A stretch of DNA of 63,562 nt, filler included, from Octopus bimaculoides (Eukaryota): NCBI RefSeq assembly GCF_001194135.2. It is 5 parts of 4 records of this genome, joined end to end, with 100 filler letters (N's around TTAATTAATTAA, not from the genome) between each part and the next. Parts side by side here need not be neighbours in the genome. Positions count along the whole stretch, not along the records: positions 53,715 to 55,896 come from NC_069007.1; positions 55,997 to 63,562 come from NC_068995.1; 3 more parts are not named here. The stretch is one strand, 5' to 3'. The translations under genes and the position numbers were made by a program. Positions within the stretch are counted from its first letter, which is position 1. The number at the start of each line of letters is the position of its first letter. The notes beneath the pieces are model-generated. The model ran no database searches. It saw only the letters and a list, made by a program, of their open reading frames with translations, and was not told the DNA's origin. Positions 53,615 through 63,562 of the stretch are shown one piece after another.

Positions 53615-53839
53615 NNNNNNNNNNNNNNNNNNNNNNNNNNNNNNNNNNNNNNNNNNNNTTAATTAATTAANNNNNNNNNNNNNNNNNNNNNNNNNNNNNN
53701 NNNNNNNNNNNNNNCACCACCACCAACAACAACAACAACAACAACAACAAGAAATACAACAACAACAACAACAACAAAGACACCAGCAATGACAACAGTA
53801 ACAACAACAGCAACCATCGTGATTCATTCCTCTCTCTCA

Positions 53840-54060
53840 GCACCGTCTCAAACGACGCCATATTGCATCAGCTCTAATATTACAACCATCAATCCTGGAA
53901 GATGTCGATATGTCAGTGTTCAGGATTGTTGGGACGGACGCCATGTTTAAAATACCATCCCACAATCGCTAATTCAACTGTTCACGCGTCAACTGATTAG
54001 CGTAGTCATGCGCACAAAGTACCGGATATGACGTTTACTTTGTCCGACATTGAAACGATA
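53840..54060 (-). promoter_or_regulatory. Candidate housekeeping promoter / first-exon region upstream of the MAP3K4 exon
   Basis: Locally CpG-rich. Two YY1-type CGCCATnTT sites (53856-53864, 53939-53947; both read ATGGCG on minus), an ETS-CRE-like CCGGATATGACGT (54022-54034) and a TGCGCA half site. A linker gap separates it from the exon. Confidence 0.4.
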
Positions 54061-54971
54061 AAGAGATTTTCAAGTTTGCATCACGGCTTTCATTAAACAA
54101 CTCAGCCTGAAGAACGGCCATGTTTGTGTGTGTGAATGTGGTTGCGTGTGTATATATGTATATGTTTATGTGTACGTGTGTTAGTATGTGTGATGGGTAT
54201 GTGCATAGTGTTTTATGTGCTGTATGTGTATGCTGTGTTATGTGAATGCGTGTGTTGAGTTGCGTTTTTGCCTAAATCTTATTTGTATGTCTCTATGCAC
54301 ACACACACGCGCACACATCATGTCTCCATTTACCACACTCACACTATGAACATTGAACGGATGTATATGTATCTAAAGAGAGAAATTTAATAATGATCGT
54401 ATATATGGACATGCGTGTGTCTCTCTATATATGTATGTATTTATGTGCGTTTGTGCATTGGTTTGTGTGTCTATGTATATGTATGTATGTGTGTATATAT
54501 ACACGTATACACGCAAGGATAGTGAATGATGCGTGAATATCCCACTTAAGTGCAAGAGTGTATAAGATGTATCGGAATGTATATGCGTATACAAAAAGTG
54601 CAATATATATATATATATATATATATANNNNNNNNNNNNNNNNNNNNNNNNNNNNNNNNNNNNNNNNNNNNNNNNNNNNNNNNNNNNNNNNNNNNNNNNN
54701 NNNNNNNNNNNNNNNNNNNNNNNNNNNNNNNNNNNNNNNNNNNNNNNNNNNNNNNNNNNNNNNNNNNNNNNNNNNNNNNNNNNNNNNNNNNNNNNNNNNN
54801 NNNNNNNNNNNNNNNNNNNNNNNNNNNNNNNNNNNNNNNNNNNNNNNNNNNNNNNNNNNNNNNNNNNNNNNNNNNNNNNNNNNNNNNNNNNNNNNNNNNN
54901 NNNNNNNNNNNNNNNNNNNNNNNNNNNNNNNNNNNNNNNNNNNNNNNNNNNNNNNNNNNNNNNNNNNNNNN

Positions 54972-55009
<38 letters not shown>

Positions 55010-55182
55010 CTACATATATTTATATACATATATCTACATACATCCATTCCTATGTATGTATGTATATATATATACACATACACGTGTATGTATACGTCTA
55101 TCTACATACACATATATATAGATAGATAGATAGATGTACATTAACTTAGGCATAAATATAAAGGCAGACGCATATACAAAGG

Positions 55183-55233
<51 letters not shown>

Positions 55234-56253
55234 ATACCCAGACACACGTGAGTACTAGTACACACGTCGTGTCTGAAAGTGAAGGAGAGTTAGGCGAAAG
55301 ACTTTGAAGAGAGAGAGAGGGTGAAGAAAGAGAGACAGAGAGAGAAAGACATAGAGAGAAACAGACAGACCGAGTGACAGACGGAGACAGCGGTAGAGAG
55401 TGAGAAATAAATAGATAGCCAGAGAGGCATGTAGATAAATAGATAGAAAGATAGATAGAGGTAGAGGGTGAGAAAAAGAGAGAGAAAGAGAGAGGGGGAG
55501 AGGAATAGTGAGAGAGAAGCAGACGTGTGATAAATATGATTGTTAAGTGAAAATCTAAACTGACAGAGAGATGAACAGCGAAAAGAATAGATATACAGAC
55601 AGGCAGACAGATTGGCACACAGGCATGCAGGCATGCAGACCGATCGCCAGTGTGGTGAACGGTATTTACACTGGAAATTTCACGCCTCATCGCTATACGG
55701 TCTATCATTCTGCTTTCCTGAACAATTTGCCGTGAAAAGATCCGAGTGTTAAAAAGAGGCCGGTGAAAGAGAAGGGGCCGGGGCGGAGTGGGGTAGAGTG
55801 GGGTGGAGTGGGGTGGGGAGGAATAGGAAGGAGGGTGAGGACAGATTTCATTCGAGGTAAAAAGAGAAAGAGATATGAACAGAGATCGATAGAAGCNNNN
55901 NNNNNNNNNNNNNNNNNNNNNNNNNNNNNNNNNNNNNNNNTTAATTAATTAANNNNNNNNNNNNNNNNNNNNNNNNNNNNNNNNNNNNNNNNNNNNAATA
56001 CTGCCTCCACCACCCTCCACCACCCTCCACCTCCTCTCGATCTTTTTTCACCATCTCTCACCCTCTCTCTCTCACCCCCTCTCTCTCGCCCTCTCTCTCT
56101 CTAGTTTTGCTCTTCCAACTCTCTCAGTTATTGCATTGCTGTGGATTATATATAGACAGATGCTCACACACACACAAAAATACACACACATATAGACATA
56201 TAAACGTATATACTCGCATATATAAATGTGTGTGTGTGTGTGTACCTATATGA

Positions 56254-56291
<38 letters not shown>

Positions 56292-56542
56292 ATGCATACA
56301 TGTATATGCCTATATACATACATGCATATATACAAACATACATACATACACACATATACATACATATATATATATATATGCGAGTCAGGCTCCTGTTACT
56401 CTGCGTTTCATCTGAGAATACACAGGATCGTCAGGCAAGATAATATGACATGGCTGGAGACGTTGCAACCACAGGCGAAACTCAGAGTACTTAGACACTG
56501 ACTCAACCAACGCAATGTATGTAACTATATGTGTGTGTGTGC

Positions 56543-56639
<97 letters not shown>

Positions 56640-57037
56640 AATATATGAAAACGTCGATACCCAGAGTAACATGAGTGGTGGTGCGATTTTCCAAGTTATG
56701 AATTTTCTTGCTTGTGTGTGCATGTGTGTATACATATGTATGTAGATACACATGATTACTTTATGCATGTGTTTATCTATGTACATGCATGTTTACCATA
56801 TATTTTTGTGTAGTGTATATACTACATACATATACATATATGTGCATACACATAATCATACATGCACATCTATATACATATATGTATGTCAGTGTGTGTG
56901 TGTGTGTGTGAATGCATATACGCACACATATATATGTATCTATATATGTGTATGTATGTATGTATGTATGTATGTAATGTATGTATGTATATATGTATAC
57001 GTGTATGTAATATATCTAATGTATGTATACATGTATA

Positions 57038-57083
<46 letters not shown>

Positions 57084-58263
57084 NNNNNNNNNNNNNNNNN
57101 NNNNNNNNNNNNNNNNNNNNNNNNNNNNNNNNNNNNNNNNNNNNNNNNNNNNNNNNNNNNNNNNNNNNNNNNNNNNNNNNNNNNNNNNNNNNNNNNNNNN
57201 NNNNNNNNNNNNNNNNNNNNNNNNNNNNNNNNNNNNNNNNNNNNNNNNNNNNNNNNNNNNNNNNNNNNNNNNNNNNNNNNNNNNNNNNNNNNNNNNNNNN
57301 NNNNNNNNNNNNNNNNNNNNNNNNNNNNNNNNNNNNNNNNNNNNNNNNNNNNNNNNNNNNNNNNNNNNNNNNNNNNNNNNNNNNNNNNNNNNNNNNNNNN
57401 NNNNNNNNNNNNNNNNNNNNNNNNNNNNNNNNNNNNNNNNNNNNNNNNNNNNNNNNNNNNNNNNNNNNNNNNNNNNNNNNNNNNNNNNNNNNNNNNNNNN
57501 NNNNNNNNNNNNNNNNNNNNNNNNNNNNNNNNNNNNNNNNNNNNNNNNNNNNNNNNNNNNNNNNNNNNNNNNNNNNNNNNNNNNNNNNNNNNNNNNNNNN
57601 NNNNNNNNNNNNNNNNNNNNNNNNNNNNNNNNNNNNNNNNNNNNNNNNNNNNNNNNNNNNNNNNNNNNNNNNNNNNNNNNNNNNNNNNNNNNNNNNNNNN
57701 NNNNNNNNNNNNNNNNNNNNNNNNNNNNNNNNNNNNNNNNNNNNNNNNNNNNNNNNNNNNNNNNNNNNNNNNNNNNNNNNNNNNNNNNNNNNNNNNNNNN
57801 NNNNNNNNNNNNNNNNNNNNNNNNNNNNNNNNNNNNNNNNNNNNNNNNNNNNNNNNNNNNNNNNNNNNNNNNNNNNNNNNNNNNNNNNNNNNNNNNNNNN
57901 NNNNNNNNNNNNNNNNNNNNNNNNNNNNNNNNNNNNNNNNNNNNNNNNNNNNNNNNNNNNNNNNNNNNNNATATATGTATATGTATATATATGTATATAC
58001 ATGTATATATACATATATGTATACATATATATACGCATATATACGTATATATATGTATTATATGTTATACATATATATATATACATAAATATACATATAC
58101 ATATATCTATGTATATATGTGCATAATTATATGTATGTATGTATGTATACATACGCTCAAAATCTAGAAAGAGAATATATATGTGTGTATGTGTGATTGT
58201 CTGTCTGTGTTTATAATGCTTGTGTATGTTTGTGTTTGTGTTTCTGTGTGTGTGCACGTGCAT

Positions 58264-58318
<55 letters not shown>

Positions 58319-58519
58319 TTGGAAACTTGTATGCTTTGAGTGTGTTCTTTATTGCTGTTTGTTTATATTTTCCTTTTGTTTTTCATTCTTGTTTTTTTCT
58401 GTTGTTTTGTTTTGTTCTTTTGTTTATTGCTATTTTTGTTGTTATTGTTGTTGTTGTTGTTCTTCTTCTTCTTCTTGATTTATATAATCTCTTCCTTTGC
58501 AGCTGTGCAGTGTGCTTAT

Positions 58520-58872
58520 AACTGATGAAACGCACCGTCGTCATCGTCGTCGTTGTCATCATCACCATCAACATCATCGTTATCATCATCATCATCATCA
58601 TCATCATAATCGTCGTCGTCATCATCATCATCATCTCACCCTTATCGTCGTCATCGTCATCATTATTGTAATCATCACTGCCACCACCCCACCATCACGA
58701 CATAATACTCCTCCTCCTCCTCCTCATCATCATCATCATCATTTACCACCATCATCGTCGTCACCATTGTTATCATCATTCCTACAAACATCATCGTCAT
58801 TATCATAAGCGTCGTCATAGCCTTCACCACATCTTCTTCCCTCTCCCCATCTCCTCCTCCTCCTCCTCCTCC

Positions 58873-58911
<39 letters not shown>

Positions 58912-59175
58912 CCATCATCACCATCATTATCATATCGCCCTTACTTCGAAGCATCCTACATGATCAAAGCTAACTTAGGTTAAACACAATATACATACAG
59001 CGAAATTGTATACAAATTATACGATAAACACAGGGAAAAAACACAATATTGTAATTCTTGTTGTTGTTACTATTATTATTATTATTATTTTTATTAATAT
59101 TATTATTATTATTAGTGTTATTATTACTATTATTACTGTTGTTATTATTATTATCATTATTATTATTATTATTAT

Positions 59176-59224
<49 letters not shown>

Positions 59225-59256
59225 CGTTAGTAGTAGTAGCAGCAGTAGTAGTAGTA
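58520..59256. repeat. Compound trinucleotide arrays (CAT/CGT/CCT, TAT, TAG)
   Basis: Seen directly; these produce the poly-His/Met/Leu/Thr pseudo-ORFs in the track. Confidence 0.9.
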
Positions 59257-59400
59257 AGGGGCGGTGAGCTGGCAGAATCATTAGCACGCCGGGCGAAATG
59301 CTTAACAGTATTTCGTCTGCCGCAATGTTCTGAGTTCAAATTCCGCCGACGTCGACTTTATTTTTCATTCTATCGGGGTCGATAAATTAAGTACCAGTTG
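59257..59400 (+). mobile_element. tRNA-derived SINE, family C (Meta-domain-like, recalled from memory)
   Basis: GGCGGTGAGCTGGCAGAATC head, GAGTTCAAATTCC B box, TCGGGGTCGATAAATTAAGTACCAG. Reverse copies at ~7610-7755 and ~3700-3820. Confidence 0.7.
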
Positions 59401-59569
59401 AACATTGTGTTAACTCATAGAAAACATTTAATATACTTTATACTATATTATGGTTGCATAACGTAATACCACGTGACTACAAGTCTTTAATGTTTACACA
59501 CCAGCTGCAAGAATGCGTTTAATATGCAAATTGATATATCCAATAACTTAACAGCGCTGTATGCGGTGG

Positions 59570-59733
59570 CTATACTCTTTTACTCTTTTACTTGTTTCAG
59601 TCATTTTACTGCGGACATGCCGAACCACCGCCTTTAGTCGAGCAAATCGATCCCAGGACTTACTCTTTGTAAGCCTAATAATTATTCTATCGGTCAATTT
59701 TGCCGAACCGCAAACACAGACACACAAACATAT

Positions 59734-59774
<41 letters not shown>

Positions 59775-60005
59775 NNNNNNNNNNNNNNNNNNNNNNNNNN
59801 NNNNNNNNNNNNNNNNNNNNNNNNTATATACATATACATACGACGGGCTTCTTTCAGTTTCCTTCTACCAAATCCACTGACAAGGCTTCGGTCGGCCCGA
59901 GGCTATAGTAGAAGACACTTGCCCAAGGTGCCACGCAGTGGGACTGAACCCGGAACCATGTGGTTCGTAAGCAAGCTACTTACCACACAGCCACTCCTAC
60001 GCCTA
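59570..60005 (-). mobile_element. SINE family A copy (spans a gap)
   Basis: Reverse-complement match to the family A head and tail. Confidence 0.8.
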
Positions 60006-60072
60006 TGCCATATTAGCATGTGTTCGGAGGCGAGAGTGGGTCACATGGCTGCTGATGAAGGGGCACTTTGAT

Positions 60073-60120
60073 GGGTGCTGATGAAGGAGCAAAAGACCCC
60101 GAAATATGGTCTATACACTC
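60073..60120 (+). ncRNA. Minimal hammerhead-like motif
   Basis: GGGTG-CTGATGA-A-GGAG-CAAAAGA-CCCC-GAAA-TATGGTC-TATAC, with one stem II mismatch. Confidence 0.5.
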
Positions 60121-60855
60121 ATTACTCATTTTTATCTTCGATCTCATTGTTTGTTTACATCTGACGTCTCGATGTGAAACGTTGTAGCAAAAATATGTAT
60201 TCCGATGATGGAATAGTTTGCAAGTATTATGTTGGCTTCCGATCGCTTTCGGGGAAATGCACCATCTGCGCACATATCCTCCAACTCACTTTAAGATACT
60301 ATCTGCACACCTCTCTTCCTTCCTCCCTCTTTTCTTCTCATCCCGCTTTGGGTTCTACCTCCGGTAACCAGCTTTACCTGATACTCAGTTCCGGGAGAAT
60401 ACCAGCATATACCATAGTTGTTATGAAGATTCTTCAACCGATCTTTTTTATTGGCCTCTTGTGTTCTAAGCTCTTGAATCTTTCATTACTATTCTCAAGA
60501 TACGCCAATGTCTGATCTGATATTAGTTGTTTGGCCGTTTATGCCTTTATTCTATAATGGACGTACACGCTCGAATGAAACACTGACGAGGGCTAATGTT
60601 CACTAGGCAGCCATAATGTACATTAGTTGCAGTTCAATTTGGAGATTAGGCACCAAGTTAACCTGAGCCCTAGCTTTCTGTATCTATAACCTTACATCAT
60701 CAGATGTAATATCATCTATATGTGGAATATAACACATCTTTTTGATATATTTATACAGGAGAGAGAGAGAAACAGAAAGAGAGGAGACGAGAGGCAAAGA
60801 GACAAACAGTGAAGTATTAAAACTTCACAGCCATCACCATTACCACAAAAAAACA

Positions 60856-60908
<53 letters not shown>

Positions 60909-61393
60909 AATTGTAAACACGTACATTTAACTATGTTTAAATGAGTAGATTTATCAATGTTTGTATACAGCTCTAACGTTTGAGACTTTAGATTGGTGTC
61001 ACACCTACAGAGGGAATGGTGACGGTGATGGGAAAAGCAACAGAAATATGTGTGCGTGCGTGCATGTGTATACATACATATATATATATATACACATATA
61101 TATATATACATATATACACATAGATATATATACATTGTAAATATATATATATATATATATGTGTGTATATATGTATATACATATCTCTAAATATTATATA
61201 TAGGCACATATACATACACACACATACACACACACTGATATATATATATTTATATACATACATGTATACATATATGTATCAGTGTGTATATATGCATATA
61301 TATATATGTGTGTGTGTGTATGTGTGTGTATGTATATGTGCATATATATAGAGAGAGATATACAGATAGCTAAATAGATAGATAGATAGCTAA

Positions 61394-61427
<34 letters not shown>

Positions 61428-61493
61428 GTACATACATACACAGGCATACACACACACATCTATATGTGATTATCTCTCTCTCTCACTCTCTCA

Positions 61494-61603
<110 letters not shown>

Positions 61604-62088
61604 AGGTAGATATGAAACAACCGACTGCAATGAAATTCTAACACAGGTAAGACAAAAATATAACTGCTCTTGGGAAATCAGTAGAAATTTGAATCTATTT
61701 CTCAGTTGACTTTCCTCATCCTGTCATCGATTGCCACCAATTCCACACGTTGGAATTGGTTAAGAATCACGAAGAACTTCTTCTCTATCCACACCAAATC
61801 ACTAAATCACTAAAATAATTTGACTAAGTCACTTTTTACCTTTTTTTGTTGTTGTTCTAATTCAGTAACTGCAAACCACTTTGTCACTAGTTCTATATAT
61901 ACGAACATATATGCATACATTCATACATACACGTACACGCGCACACATACACACATACACCACACATACAAACACACAAACATGTATATGCATACATACA
62001 TATCTATATAAATTCATATATATATCTATATGTGTTCATATATACATATATATTCATTTATGTACACACATGTTTATATATGTGTATG

Positions 62089-62136
<48 letters not shown>

Positions 62137-62573
62137 NNNNNNNNNNNNNNNNNNNNNNNNNNNNNNNNNNNNNNNNNNNNNNNNNNNNNNNNNNNNNNNN
62201 NNNNNNNNNNNNNNNNNNNNNNNNNNNNNNNNNNNNNNNNNNNNNNNNNNNNNNNNNNNNNNNNNNNNNNNNNNNNNNNNNNNNNNNNNNNNNNNNNNNN
62301 NNNNNNNNNNNNNNNNNNNNNNNNNNNNNNNNNNNNNNNNNNNNNNNNNNNNNNNNNNNNNNNNNNNNNNNNNNNNNNNNNNNNNNNNNNNNNNNNNNNN
62401 NNNNNNNNNNNNNNNNNNNNNNNNNNNNNNNNNNNNNNNNNNNNNNNNNNNNNNNNNNNNNNNNNNNNNNNNNNNNNNNNNNNNNNNNNNNNNNNNNNNN
62501 NNNNNNNNNNNNNNNNNNNNNNNNNNNNNNNNNNNNNNNNNNNNNNNNNNNNNNNNNNNNNNNNNNNNNNNNN

Positions 62574-62609
<36 letters not shown>

Positions 62610-62736
62610 TCACACACACGCACAAATACAAACACACACATACTGTTATATTTGTACAGAAAATTGTGATCGAGGATTAAGGATTAGAAGAAACGGATAG
62701 ACAACAGCAAATTGCAATAACATGAAGAACAACAAC

Positions 62737-62791
<55 letters not shown>

Positions 62792-62804
62792 GATAATAAT
62801 AATT

Positions 62805-63135
62805 GCTAAAACTGCTGCCATAGATATTCTTATTGATAAATAGCAACGAAATCCTCTCAATGGCAAATACCCAAAGAGAGCGAATAATGCCGATTCTGAC
62901 AAAGCCCTTACCCATCAACGCTTAGTGTTTTCTGGCTTAAAATCAGAAACAGAAGGGTTTAACATAACAGCCCAAGATCAATGCCTACCTACAAGGAGCT
63001 ACCAGTCCAAGATATTAAACAACGGCGGTAGACCAACATGTCGTGCATGTAAATAATGAAATGAAATCATTGATCATGTTGTCTCCATGTGCAGGCTTCT
63101 TGCGCCTACAGAGTATCTCACCAGGTATGATAGAG
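62805..63135 (+). mobile_element. R4/Dong-like fragment abutting a (TAA)n run
   Basis: Reads GKYPKRANNADSDKALTHQ..SGLKSETEGFNITAQDQCLPTRSYQSKIL..CRAC..NEIIDHVVSMC. Confidence 0.75.
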
Positions 63136-63497
63136 CAGCAGATACAGGTATGATATAAGCCAGTGAAACAGTAAAAGCAAGAAAGGCATGGGGAGATGTT
63201 TGGAGGCTGGTCTTCAGATGTTGAGCCTTACGACGAAGAGGGCAACGAATAGAACGCAACGACTGGCGAGACGTTCTTGAAGAGAAGACTCGTCTAACCC
63301 ATGCTAGCAGGAAGAAAATGGACGTAAACTAACGATGGTGATGATGATGATCGGGAGGCAGTGGTGAGATTAATAATGCAAATGTGCGTACATACACACA
63401 CACACGCATACACACGCACACGCATGCACACACGCACACACATTTATATGAATTATGAGTATGCAGGTATGTATATTTGTTTATATACAAATACAGG

Positions 63498-63562
<65 letters not shown>

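Noticed and set aside
53890-53927. AATCCTGGAAGATGTC...CAGGATT hairpin as a hammerhead
   Set aside because: It lacks the GAAA core half and a valid stem II; only a short hairpin.

Overview
AT-rich, repeat-dense animal genomic DNA from a gapped draft scaffold. The SINE families and microsatellite load suggest a coleoid cephalopod, probably Octopus (inference). Most short ORFs in the track are microsatellite or gap translations. Supported host genes: the last six exons of a P5B-type ATPase (ATP13A2/3-like, minus strand, 4707-11674), which splice by hand into one open frame, and one 1.5-kb MAP3K4/MEKK4 exon (minus, 50966-52510) with a candidate promoter near 53.8-54.1 kb. A decayed Mind bomb-like ankyrin+RING pseudogene lies at 866-1900 (plus). 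The rest is transposon material: a 3.6-kb RTE LINE plus many truncated 3' ends, a full-length DD37D Tc1/mariner, a hAT (Blackjack-like) element, Tigger remnants, R4/Dong-like fragments, a solo LTR, several tRNA-derived SINE families, and Penelope-like elements with inverted tails and minimal hammerhead ribozyme motifs. The most unusual observation is a ~63-bp intronic element (10998-11060). It is complementary to an ATP13A coding exon 1.7 kb away and can alternatively fold into its own 19-bp hairpin, making it a candidate editing-complementary sequence or RNA switch.
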